Below the pieces are notes generated by a model, which was not told where the DNA came from, ran no database searches, and worked only from the letters and a program-made list of their open reading frames with translations. Both the position numbers and the translations under genes were made by a program. A DNA stretch of 64,000 nt from positions 10,145 through 74,144 of the forward strand of contig CANRPP010000001.1 of assembly GCA_947632545.1 (NCBI GenBank), written 5' to 3'. Of the stretch, positions 1 through 10,000 are shown in pieces; the first letter of the stretch is position 1, and every line of letters begins with the position of its first letter. The stretch is from an uncultured Bacilli bacterium (GTDB lineage: Bacteria > Bacillota_I > Bacilli_A > RF39 > UBA660).

Positions 1-2
1 AA

Positions 3-164
3 TATAAGATAAAAAAAGATTATAAAAAAGAAATATATACAGTTCTTTTAGTTATTTTAATAGCTTTAATTGTATATTTAGTAATTATGTTACTTGATAA
101 AAAACCAGTCCATAATGAAGTATTAGTAAATAGTAAGGAGGAAGTATATGAATCTACCTACTAA
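3..164 (+). CDS. 3' end of an upstream membrane protein (partial, function unknown)
   Basis: Frame open from the window edge to TAA at 162-164. It has one hydrophobic helix (VLLVILIALIVYLVIMLL) and overlaps the pgsA start. Confidence 0.3.
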   Translation, partial: YKIKKDYKKEIYTVLLVILIALIVYLVIMLLDKKPVHNEVLVNSKEEVYESTY

Positions 165-750
165 ATTAACAGTATTAAGAATATTTTTAACAGTAGTTGT
201 TATAGTAATTATGGTATTTCCATTTTATACAGTTGGTATAGAATGGCCTAAGTTTGTAATTATGGGAATAGGTGTTAGATGTCAATATTTAGTGGCAGGT
301 CTAATATTTATAATCGCAAGTGTTACAGATTTCTTTGATGGATACCTTGCAAGAAAAAATAATCAAATAACTGATACTGGAAAAATGTTAGATGCTATTG
401 CAGATAAAATATTAGTAAATTCTGTTCTTATAATTTTTGCTGCACAAGGATTCATTAATGTAATAATACCAGTTATAATTGTACTTAGAGATATTTTTGT
501 AGATGCTATAAAAATGGAAGCAGCAAGTAAAGGAAAAGTAGTAGCAGCAATAAAAAGTGGAAAAATAAAAACTGCGTCACTAATGATTGGACTTGTACTT
601 ACATTTGTATATAATTTGCCATTTGAAGCATGGAATATTAGAGTTTCAGATTTTATGTTATATTTTGCATCAATAATGTCAATATTATCTGCAATAGAAT
701 ATTATAAATTAAATAAAAATATAATATTTCCTAGTAAAGAAATAATATAA
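148..750 (+). CDS. pgsA: CDP-diacylglycerol--glycerol-3-phosphate 3-phosphatidyltransferase
   Basis: Polytopic 200-aa ORF with the CDP-alcohol phosphatidyltransferase motif DFFDGYLARKNNQITDTGKMLDAIADK. RBS AAGGAGG lies upstream, and the gene sits in the usual position upstream of recA. Confidence 0.9.
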   Translation: MNLPTKLTVLRIFLTVVVIVIMVFPFYTVGIEWPKFVIMGIGVRCQYLVAGLIFIIASVTDFFDGYLARKNNQITDTGKMLDAIADKILVNSVLIIFAAQGFINVIIPVIIVLRDIFVDAIKMEAASKGKVVAAIKSGKIKTASLMIGLVLTFVYNLPFEAWNIRVSDFMLYFASIMSILSAIEYYKLNKNIIFPSKEII

Positions 751-770
751 TGACCATAAAAAATAGCTGA

Positions 771-803
771 AAAATCCTTTTTCATTAAGGGATTTTTATT
801 TTT
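771..803 (+). terminator. Rho-independent terminator after pgsA
   Basis: AAAATCC...GGATTTT stem followed by a T-run. Confidence 0.6.
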
Positions 804-815
804 GAATGTAAAATA

Positions 816-827
816 AAACAAATGTTT
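816..827. promoter_or_regulatory. LexA (Cheo/SOS) box-like dyad upstream of recA
   Basis: AAAC-AAAT-GTTT resembles the Firmicute GAAC-N4-GTTC LexA operator with degenerate outer bases. It lies just upstream of the recA -35. Confidence 0.3.
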
Positions 828-837
828 GAAAAAACTC

Positions 838-866
838 TTGCTTTTTTTAAATTTATAGTATACAAT
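838..866 (+). promoter_or_regulatory. sigma-A type promoter of recA
   Basis: TTGCTT (838-843), a 17-nt spacer, then TACAAT (861-866), about 30 nt upstream of the recA ATG. Confidence 0.45.
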
Positions 867-897
867 AATATTGTAAGTTATTTGCAAGGAGGATATA

Positions 898-1923
898 ATG
901 AGCAAAGCAGTTAACAAAAATGTTGATAAGGATAAAGCCTTAGAACAAGTATTAAATGACATTGAAAAACAATTTGGAAAAGGTGCAATAATGAAACTTG
1001 GAGAAAATACTCATACAAAAGTAGATGTATGTTCAAGTGGATGTTTGTCACTAGATATAGCATTAGGAGTAGGAGGATATCCTAGAGGAAGGATTATAGA
1101 AATATATGGACCTGAATCAAGTGGTAAAACAACTTTTGCATTACAAGCAATTGCAGAACACCAAAAAGCAGGAGGAAGAGCAGCATTTATAGATGCAGAG
1201 CATGCTCTTGATCCTGTATATGCAGAAAGATTAGGTGTTAATATAAATGAATTACTATTATCCCAACCTGATACAGGAGAGCAAGCTTTAGAAATATGTG
1301 AAGCACTAGTTAGAAGTGAAGCCGTAAGCATTATCGTAATAGATTCAGTAGCAGCATTAGTGCCACAAGCTGAAATAGATGGAGAAATGGGAGATTCTCA
1401 TGTAGGCTTGCAGGCAAGATTAATGTCACAAGCATTAAGAAAATTATCTGGTACAATTAATAAAACTAAAACTACTGCAATATTTATAAATCAATTAAGA
1501 GAAAAAGTTGGAGTAATGTTTGGTAATCCAGAGACAACTCCAGGTGGAAGAGCTTTAAAATTTTATTCCACAATTAGATTAGATATAAGACGTAATGAAC
1601 AATTAAAAATGGGTGAGGGTGTAGTTGGAAATAAAACTACAGTAAAAGTTGTTAAGAATAAAGTTGCACCTCCATTTAAAACAGCTACTGTTGATATTAT
1701 GTATGGAGAAGGTATATCAAAAGAAGGAGAATTAATAGATTTAGGAGTAGAAGCAGGTATAATAGAAAAGACTGGTGCTTGGTTTTCCTACAATGGTGAA
1801 AAACTTGGTCAAGGTAAAGAGAATGTTAAATTATTACTAAAAGATACCCCTGAATTAAAAAATGAAATAGAGAAAAAGGTTAGAGAATACTACGAAATAT
1901 CTCTTGACGAAAAGAAAGACTAA
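898..1923 (+). CDS. recA: Recombinase RecA
   Basis: 341 aa with Walker [10 protein letters not shown], the [14 protein letters not shown] signature, and collinear RecA sequence throughout. Confidence 0.98.
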   Translation: MSKAVNKNVDKDKALEQVLNDIEKQFGKGAIMKLGENTHTKVDVCSSGCLSLDIALGVGGYPRGRIIEIYGPESSGKTTFALQAIAEHQKAGGRAAFIDAEHALDPVYAERLGVNINELLLSQPDTGEQALEICEALVRSEAVSIIVIDSVAALVPQAEIDGEMGDSHVGLQARLMSQALRKLSGTINKTKTTAIFINQLREKVGVMFGNPETTPGGRALKFYSTIRLDIRRNEQLKMGEGVVGNKTTVKVVKNKVAPPFKTATVDIMYGEGISKEGELIDLGVEAGIIEKTGAWFSYNGEKLGQGKENVKLLLKDTPELKNEIEKKVREYYEISLDEKKD

Positions 1924-1992
1924 TTTAGCCTTTCTTTTTATTTTATAGGCACATATAATCACATTTTCATATATTACTTTAGGAGGATAATT

Positions 1993-3402
1993 ATGAAAAA
2001 GTTAAAAGATATTATAGAGTGTGATTATGATATAGAAATAAATGATATTAAGACTGATTCAAGAGAAGTATGCAAAAATGATTTATTTGTTGCAGTAGAT
2101 GGTTATAATATAGATCATAGTCTATTTATAGAAGATGCTATAAATTCTGGTGCCAGTGCCATAGTTACAAATAAAGATTATAAAGCAAGTATTCCTATTA
2201 TAAAAGTAGATGACATTGATAAAACTTTAATTGAAATATGTAAAAGATTCTATGACTTTAATCCTAATTTAAATTTGATTGGTGTTACTGGTACCGATGG
2301 TAAAACTACAACTACAACACTTATAAAGAAAATATTAAATAATTATCAAGAAACTGCCTATATAGGTACTAATGGGATAGAATATTTAAATAAAAAAGAA
2401 GCTACTTCTAATACAACCCCTACAGTAGAGAACCTATATAAATATTTTAATTTAATTAGTAAACAAAATATTAATACTATTTCCATGGAAGTATCAAGCG
2501 AGGCTATATTACATAAAAGAGTAGATAGTTTAAAATTTAAATATGTTATATATACAAATATAACAGAAGATCATTTAAATATTCATAAAACTATAGATAA
2601 TTATATAAAAACTAAGCTACAGTTGAGTAATTTAATTAAACCAGATGGAGTAGTTATTATAAATAACGATGATAGTAATCAAAATCAATTAAAACTATTA
2701 GATAAAACAATATATACATATGGTAAAAATAAAAATAGTGATTTTATTATAAATGATATAAAATTATCAGATAAAATTACTAAATTTACTATAGAATATA
2801 ATAATAAAAAATATAAAATAAAAAGTAGATTATTAGGAGAATATAATATATATAATTTAACTGCAGCTTTTATAGTTTGTTATTTAGAAGGAATGAAACC
2901 TAGAAACATAATTAATAACATAAGTAAAATTAATACTATTAATGGTAGAGGTGAAAAACTTAATTTTGGGCAAAAATATACTATTGTACTTGATTATGCA
3001 CATACAGAAAATGCTATAAAAAATATAGTATCAGAAGTTAAGGATAAATATAAAAGAGTAATAGTTGTTACAGGTTCAGCTGGAGGAAAAGAATGTGAAA
3101 AAAGAAAATATATAGGTAAATATTTATTAGATAATACTGATTTAGTAATATTTACTATGGATGATCCTAGAAATGAAAATGTAGACTATATTATAGATGA
3201 TATGATATCAATATCAAGTAAAACAAATTATAAAAGAATAATATCAAGATCTAATGCTATAAAATATGCCCTAGATATTGCTAAAGAAGGTGATATAGTT
3301 TTAATTCTTGGAAAAGGTAGAGATAATTATATGGCAATTGGTGATGAAAAAATACCATATAACGATTATGAAGAAATAGAAGAATACTTTACAAATTTGT
3401 AA
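1993..3402 (+). CDS. murE: UDP-N-acetylmuramoyl-L-alanyl-D-glutamate ligase MurE (DDPR motif suggests meso-DAP adding type)
   Basis: 469-aa Mur ligase with P-loop GVTGTDGKTTTT. The C-terminal TMDDPRNE corresponds to the DNPR motif of DAP-type MurE. Confidence 0.85.
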   Translation: MKKLKDIIECDYDIEINDIKTDSREVCKNDLFVAVDGYNIDHSLFIEDAINSGASAIVTNKDYKASIPIIKVDDIDKTLIEICKRFYDFNPNLNLIGVTGTDGKTTTTTLIKKILNNYQETAYIGTNGIEYLNKKEATSNTTPTVENLYKYFNLISKQNINTISMEVSSEAILHKRVDSLKFKYVIYTNITEDHLNIHKTIDNYIKTKLQLSNLIKPDGVVIINNDDSNQNQLKLLDKTIYTYGKNKNSDFIINDIKLSDKITKFTIEYNNKKYKIKSRLLGEYNIYNLTAAFIVCYLEGMKPRNIINNISKINTINGRGEKLNFGQKYTIVLDYAHTENAIKNIVSEVKDKYKRVIVVTGSAGGKECEKRKYIGKYLLDNTDLVIFTMDDPRNENVDYIIDDMISISSKTNYKRIISRSNAIKYALDIAKEGDIVLILGKGRDNYMAIGDEKIPYNDYEEIEEYFTNL

Positions 3403-3446
3403 TAAAGTTGTATAATATAGCCCATTAATAGAAATGGGGAATTTAT

Positions 3447-4214
3447 ATGGACCTAAATGCAATTTATGGTGATAAAGAAGCTACAAAGAGAAAACTTGAT
3501 GTATCATTAGAATCGGCTATTGAATTTTATAAACCAGTATTCAAAGAAAATTCAGAAAAAATACTTTTAGATATTATAAATAAAACAGATTTTTGTGAAT
3601 TAAATAGTAAATATATAACAAAAGAATTTATGTACAATTTCATAGATAGACTTGGTTATTTTCCATCATATATGAGAGGATGTTGTCTTCGAATAAAAAA
3701 TAAAAATATAGTGATTACTACTAATAAAGGTGGAAATGAAGATTATCATATTTTTGCTCATGAATTATTTGGTCATAGAGTTTGCCAAGAATTTGAAAGA
3801 TATGTAGAAATAGGCGATAAAGTTTATAATCGAGATGGAGTAAATTTATCGAGTGAAGATGAAGATAAATATAACTTAATAAATGAGGGTTTTATGGAAT
3901 TAATCGCTAGTGACATTATAAGAAATAGTAAAAATAATATAATAGATAAAAAATCATTAGAATATTTAAAGGCCCATTACTGTAGTAGAGTAATAACAAA
4001 ATATTTAGGATATGAAAAAATATTACAAATGTTAGTTTATAATAAATATAATTTAGAGGATGAGTATAACTCTATTAATAAAAATGAATTAAATAAATTA
4101 GAAAAATTATTAAATTTAGAGTTTGTAAAAAGAAATAATAAAACTATTAATAAATATGTAAATAAAAAAATAAGTAAAAATTTAGAAGGATTTCAAAAGA
4201 GAAAAATTAGATAA
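3447..4214 (+). CDS. Hypothetical protein with HELFGH...NEGFME motifs (possible metallopeptidase)
   Basis: 255-aa ORF with an RBS and no signal peptide. It carries an HExxxH string followed about 35 aa later by NEGFME. Confidence 0.4.
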   Translation: MDLNAIYGDKEATKRKLDVSLESAIEFYKPVFKENSEKILLDIINKTDFCELNSKYITKEFMYNFIDRLGYFPSYMRGCCLRIKNKNIVITTNKGGNEDYHIFAHELFGHRVCQEFERYVEIGDKVYNRDGVNLSSEDEDKYNLINEGFMELIASDIIRNSKNNIIDKKSLEYLKAHYCSRVITKYLGYEKILQMLVYNKYNLEDEYNSINKNELNKLEKLLNLEFVKRNNKTINKYVNKKISKNLEGFQKRKIR

Positions 4215-4240
4215 CAATCTAATTTTCTTTTGTCCTAAAC

Positions 4241-4269
4241 TTGACACATTAAAAAAGAAAACTTAAAAT
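4241..4269 (+). promoter_or_regulatory. sigma-A type promoter of rny
   Basis: TTGACA (4241-4246), a 17-nt spacer, then TAAAAT (4264-4269). Confidence 0.45.
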
Positions 4270-4325
4270 ATAATTATAGATTATAATTTAATTAAATTTA
4301 AATGTATTCTAAATGGAGGTATAGT

Positions 4326-5879
4326 ATGAATAATATGGTATTCTCCGTTTTACTTATAATAATTGGATTAATAGTAGGATTTTGTATTTCATTTATAATT
4401 AATTTATTAAGAGGAAATATAGCTTCTAAAAAAGCAGATAATATTATTAATCATGCCAAAAAAGAAGCTGACAAAATAAAAAGAGATTCTATTTTAGAGC
4501 AAAAAGAAGAAGCACATAAATTAAAAATGGATTTAGATAAAGAAATTAAAGAGAAAAAAGCAGAAATTAAGGATCAAGAAGAAAGATTAATACAACGTGA
4601 AAACAACATGGATAAAAGAGATGAATTATATCAAAAACGTGAACAAACATTAGATCAAAGAGAACAAAATCTTAATGAAAAATTAAATGATATCCAAAAT
4701 GAAAAAAGTAAAGTGGAGGAAATAAAAAAGGAACAATTAGATTTATTAGAAAAAATATCAGGATTTAGTAAAGAAAAAGCTAAAGACCTAGTTATGAAAC
4801 AAGTAAAAGAAAACATGACAAAAGAAATCTCTGAATATATTAGAGAACAAGAAAATGAAGCAAAATTAGTAGCCGATAAAACAGCGAGAGAAATTATAGT
4901 TACTTCAATGCAAAAGTATGCTGCTGATATTGCAAGTGATCAGACTGTAACAGTTGTAGAGTTACCTAATGAAGAGATGAAAGGTAGGATTATCGGTAGA
5001 GAAGGAAGAAACATACGTACAATAGAAGCAATAACAGGAGTTGATTTAATTATTGACGATACACCTGAAGCTGTAGTTTTATCAAGTTTTGATCCTTTAA
5101 GACGTGAAATTGCGTATGTAACACTTCAAACATTAATAAAAGATGGAAGAATTCATCCAACTAGAATTGAAGAATTATATGATAAAGTTTGTAAAGACAT
5201 GAAACAAAAAATTATTGAATATGGTAATGATGCTACATTTGAATTAGGATTAACTAAATTTGATCCAGAATTAATAGAGATAATTGGTAAACTTCATTTT
5301 AGAACAAGTTATGGTCAAAATGCCTTACAACATTCAATAGAAGTTGCTCATTTATCAGGATTAATAGCAGGTGAACTTGGCGAAAATGTAATGCTTGCTA
5401 AAAGAGCAGGCTTATTACATGATATTGGTAAAGCAATTGATCACGAAATAGAAGGAAGCCATGTAGATATTGGTGTAGATATAGCTAAAAAGTATAAAGA
5501 AGATGAAGTAGTAGTTAATTCTATTGCATCACATCATGGTGATACTAAAGCAGATAGTGTTATAGCTGTAATAGTTGCAATTGCAGATGCTTTATCAGCA
5601 TCACGTCCAGGTGCTAGAAATGATTCATTAGAAAACTATATTAAAAGACTTACTCAATTAGAAGAAGTAGGTAATCAAATAGATGGTGTAGATAAAGCCT
5701 ATGCTCTACAAGCAGGTAGAGAATTAAGAGTAATTGTTAAACCTGAAGAAGTAGATGATGTAAAAGCACATAAAATTGCTAGAGATGTAAAAGAACAAAT
5801 AGAATCAACTATGAAATATCCAGGTACTATTAAAATTACAGTAGTAAGAGAAACAAGAGCGCAAGAAGAAGCTAAATAA
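4326..5879 (+). CDS. rny: Ribonuclease Y
   Basis: N-terminal TM helix, coiled coil, KH domain ([26 protein letters not shown]) and HD domain (LLHDIGKA). I prefer the start at ATG 4326, behind GGAGG, over the track start at 4302. Confidence 0.95.
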   Translation: MNNMVFSVLLIIIGLIVGFCISFIINLLRGNIASKKADNIINHAKKEADKIKRDSILEQKEEAHKLKMDLDKEIKEKKAEIKDQEERLIQRENNMDKRDELYQKREQTLDQREQNLNEKLNDIQNEKSKVEEIKKEQLDLLEKISGFSKEKAKDLVMKQVKENMTKEISEYIREQENEAKLVADKTAREIIVTSMQKYAADIASDQTVTVVELPNEEMKGRIIGREGRNIRTIEAITGVDLIIDDTPEAVVLSSFDPLRREIAYVTLQTLIKDGRIHPTRIEELYDKVCKDMKQKIIEYGNDATFELGLTKFDPELIEIIGKLHFRTSYGQNALQHSIEVAHLSGLIAGELGENVMLAKRAGLLHDIGKAIDHEIEGSHVDIGVDIAKKYKEDEVVVNSIASHHGDTKADSVIAVIVAIADALSASRPGARNDSLENYIKRLTQLEEVGNQIDGVDKAYALQAGRELRVIVKPEEVDDVKAHKIARDVKEQIESTMKYPGTIKITVVRETRAQEEAK

Positions 5880-5948
5880 TATAAATCAGTTCATTATAGA
5901 CTGATTTTTTAATAATTTACAAATAGTTAAAAATATTTCTAAAAAATA

Positions 5949-5979
5949 TTGACTCGGGGGGGGGTAGTTATCGTATAAT
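5949..5979 (+). promoter_or_regulatory. Consensus sigma-A promoter with a G9 homopolymer in the spacer
   Basis: TTGACT (5949-5954), a 19-nt spacer containing GGGGGGGGG (5956-5964), then TATAAT (5974-5979). It lies directly upstream of the 6004 surface-protein gene. Confidence 0.5.
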
Positions 5980-6003
5980 ATTAGTATGAAAGGAGAGAAA
6001 ATA

Positions 6004-6864
6004 ATGAAAAAGAAATTTATTTTAGCTGGCTTAATGTTTGCTTTTGGTATGTGTATAATGCCAAATGTACATGCTGATACTGATTATGCAAAAGTTGAAA
6101 TTATAACTGGTACTGGTAGTATATCAAATGATGAACAAGCAAATGTTACAGTTTCAATTAATGATGTTGATTTAAAATGGTCAGAAGCTGATCCAAAAGT
6201 TGGAAGAGATGTTGATGGTTGGTGGATTGGAGTTAAATTTACTGCACCAACAAATGCAAATTTCGATAAGGCACAATTTAAAAGACCAGATAAAAAGTTA
6301 GGAATTGTAACTAAAAAATTTACAGAAGTTGAAGATTCTAAATCAAATGAAAATCCACGTTATTTTGGGGCATGGCTTTCAGTGGATAAAGCAAGATTAG
6401 GCAGTGAAAATCCATTTGTAATTGGTACATATGAATTTGACTGGAATGGTGATGGTACTTATGAACAAAAAGTAACTGTTCAAGTTAATTCTAGTAATGT
6501 AAAGTTTAAAACACCAGAAAATGTAACATCATTTACTGTAAAAGGAGCTAATGGTAGTAGAGTATTTACTATTAAAGATGGTAATAAGTTAAGCAACTTA
6601 AACAATGAAGAAATATCTTTATTAGAACAATTAATTCAAGCTCCAAATGGTAAAAAATTCGTTGGATATAAGAAGAAAGACGGAACAATGTTAAAAGATG
6701 ATGAAGAAATCACAAAAGACGAGATTTTAGAAGCCGTTTACGAAGATGTTATTTCAGAAGAAGCAAATCCAAATACATCAGATATTAACTTATATCTATT
6801 ATTAAGCTTAATTGCAGTAAGTGGCTGTGGAATAGTTTATACAGTAAAAAGAAGATTTAATTAA
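6004..6864 (+). CDS. Secreted cell-surface protein with C-terminal NPNTS-type sorting signal
   Basis: Signal peptide ...MPNVHA/DTDY. The C-terminus is ANPNTSD, then a hydrophobic helix, then KRRFN, which is the sortase-substrate architecture. The start at 6004 sits behind AAGGAGAG. Confidence 0.6.
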   Translation: MKKKFILAGLMFAFGMCIMPNVHADTDYAKVEIITGTGSISNDEQANVTVSINDVDLKWSEADPKVGRDVDGWWIGVKFTAPTNANFDKAQFKRPDKKLGIVTKKFTEVEDSKSNENPRYFGAWLSVDKARLGSENPFVIGTYEFDWNGDGTYEQKVTVQVNSSNVKFKTPENVTSFTVKGANGSRVFTIKDGNKLSNLNNEEISLLEQLIQAPNGKKFVGYKKKDGTMLKDDEEITKDEILEAVYEDVISEEANPNTSDINLYLLLSLIAVSGCGIVYTVKRRFN

Positions 6865-6867
6865 TTA

Positions 6868-6895
6868 AAAGAAACCAACGGGTTTCTTTTTTTTT
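6868..6895 (+). terminator. Rho-independent terminator
   Basis: AAAGAAACC-aacg-GGTTTCTTT followed by a T-run. Confidence 0.8.
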
Positions 6896-7076
6896 GTAAA
6901 GTTATTTTGTAAAGTAATAAGTGTGGTATGTCTAAATTTGTCAAAAAATATTTGGTGATGAATAAATTATATATGAAATATAGAAAATTATTGAAATATT
7001 TGAGATAATATATTAAACTAATACATAAAAAATAATACATTAAAAATTATTTTTATTTAAGAGAGGATGAAGGATT

Positions 7077-10000
7077 ATGCAAAGAAAAATGATGCATTTA
7101 ATATTATTATTTTTGGCAGTTTTTCTAATCCCATTTAGTGTTAATGCTGCTCAAAATGTTACATTAAAAATTGATAAAGATAATTTAGAAATAGGTGATG
7201 AAGTAACAATAAGTGCTAATATATCAAGTAATATAGAAGCTTATGCACTACAAGCTACTTTAAAATATGATGAAAATGTTTTTGAACAAATAGATGATGA
7301 AAGTTTTTCTATTAATAGCACAATGGATATTTCATACAATGAAAATAGCAATAAATTTGGAATAATAAATCAAACAGGTAAAATTACTAATGAATTATTT
7401 AAAGTTCGTCTAAAAGTAAAAGAAAATGCTAATGTAGGAAATACTAATATAGCGCTAACTAATATGTCATATTCAGATGGTGAGAGTATAAAGGATTTAG
7501 ACAAAGTATCAACTAAAGTATTAGTAACAAAAGATGCTGTTGAAGGAGAAGCTATTTCCATTAATAAAGAAAATAAAATTACAGAAGATCAAGAAAATAC
7601 TATTAAAGTTTTTTCAACTAAACCAATTATAATTCTTATTTCAGTTATAATAGTTTTATTACTTATAGGAATTGTATATATGAGTATTAATTATCGTGAT
7701 AAAAAGAAACCTTTATATTGTTTAATTGCAATAGGTATAATCTTACTTATTACTGATATAAGTTTATTTATTACCAATACCACAAAAAAAGATGTTAATT
7801 CTGATGGTAAAAAAGATTATGATGATTCAAAAGAAATTATTGATTATCTTATTAGTATTGATACAAAAAATAGTAAAGATAGTGATAAAGACTTAAATAC
7901 TAAAAAAGCAACAAATAAAATTACACGTAAATATGATATCAATAATGATGGTAGATTTAACATAAGAGATGCTGCAGGTAGTGTAGAAGATATAAATAAT
8001 AAAACTAACGTTAAATTAAAAGAAGTAAAAGCAGAAAATGAATATTATGTAGAAAAAGGTAATATAGATCTTAAATTTACAGCTGAAATTAATCCAAAAG
8101 AAGTTAAAATTACTAAAGTAAAAGTAGATAATAAGTACTATGATGTAAAATCTAATAGTGGGGTTTATATAGTTTTAGTTGATGATTATACTAAAGCCGG
8201 TCCACATGATTTTGTAATTAATGAAGTTAAATTATCAAATGGAGAAGTAAGAAATACTAATCTAAAAATTAAAAAAGAAATCTTAAAAGATAAACCTAAA
8301 GTTAAAAATTTAAGTTATGACATTAAAGAAGGAAATTTAAAATTCTCCATAGATGATAATGATACTGCATTACAAAATGCTGAGTTAACTATTTTTGAAG
8401 GTATAGTTAGTGAAAATGATTTAAGAAAAAGTGAAGAAAATACTGGTATTATTGATGAAGAAGGTAACGAAATAAATTCAGATGATTTTGATGATTATAA
8501 AATTGTTTTAGAAAAAGAATTAAAACATACAGATAAATCTTTTTCAATAAAACCTAATTTGTCACTTGGTGGAGTTTATACAATAGTTATTACTGGTGAA
8601 TATGATTTAGATGTTAATAAGGATAATGATAAAAACGATTATCAAGAACAATTCCTTAATGATGGGTTAGATAATATTACAGTAGGAAAAATTGTAATTG
8701 CACCATTAGAACAAGAAGAAATATTCTTGGAACAAAAAAATACATACGACTATCTTTTTGATGTTACATTTGAACCACAAAGTATTTCTCAAGAAATAAA
8801 ACAAGTTAAAATTGGAGAAATCTATAAAGATATTACTTATGAAGATGGTCATTGTAAATTAAGTCTTGATGATACCTCTACAGCTGGACTTAAAACTGAA
8901 GACATTACTGCGATAGTATTAAATGATGGCACAGAAGTTTTAAGTAAACATGAGGTAAAATATGATGTATTAAAAGCAATTCCTACTATTAGTAATTTTA
9001 TATACAATAAAAAGAAAAATAAAATATCATTTACTTTAAGTGATAAAGATAATGCTTTTAGAGATGTCAACATAAAAATAACTAATAAAGATAATGGTAC
9101 TGAAGTATTTAAAGAAAATTTATTTTTAGATAAAAAAGAATTTGAATTTCAAGTAAAACTTGATGAAGGAAACAAATATGATGTTAATATTGATGGATCT
9201 TATGATCGTGATAGTGATATTAATAATAATAAAAATAACAGCAAAACAAAATTTAACCATGGACTTACTGTATATAATGTCGCATTAAGTAATGTTGAAA
9301 AAGAGAAGTATCATGTAGAAAAAAATAGTGAATTTGAATTAAAATTTAATGCTAATATTACTCCAGTAAATGAAAATGCTACTATAAAAGAAGTAACTAT
9401 AGAAGATCAAGTTTATAATCCTACTAAAGAATCAGATGGTACTTATAGTATCAAACTTAATTCTCCAAATGAGTCAGGAGAGAAAACTTATAAATTAGAA
9501 AATATAATTATTGATGATGAAGAAATTGATGAAACACTAAATGTAAATGTAGATGTATTAAAAGATAAACCAAAAGTAGAAAACCTGCTAATTGATGAAT
9601 CAAAATCAATACCAGAAATATACTTTGATTTAGTAGATGAAGATAATGCACTAGATAATGAATCTAAACCAGGTAAGTTAACTGTTGCAAAAACAGGTGG
9701 TACTTCCAAAGATTTTGACATAAAAAAAGGTACAAATAAAATAAAACTAGAAGACTTCACTGATGAATTTAAAGATGAGGGAGGAATTTTTGATTTAGAT
9801 ATTAAGGCTGATTATAATTTAGATCCTGATAAAAAAGTTAATAAATATCATGAAACAAATAAAGAATTAATAGATAAAAAACAATTTAAAATCTATACAG
9901 CAACTTTAACACCAGGTTCATATAGTGAATATGTGCCTAAAGATAAAGAAATAGAATTTCAAATAAATTCAGCTATTCAACCATATGAGCCTGAAGTTAC

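Noticed and set aside
702-1331. Minus-strand ORFs 702-962 and 1011-1331, overlapping the pgsA end, the recA promoter and recA.
   Set aside because: They are antisense to well-supported genes, have low-complexity hydrophobic translations and no RBS. These are typical shadow ORFs in AT-rich DNA.
7370-9760. Minus-strand ORFs (7370-7561, 8849-9073, 9488-9760) inside the 3086-aa gene.
   Set aside because: They are Ser/Leu/Phe-rich mirror translations of a Lys/Glu/Asn-rich coding strand. The plus-strand ORF is uninterrupted for 9.2 kb.
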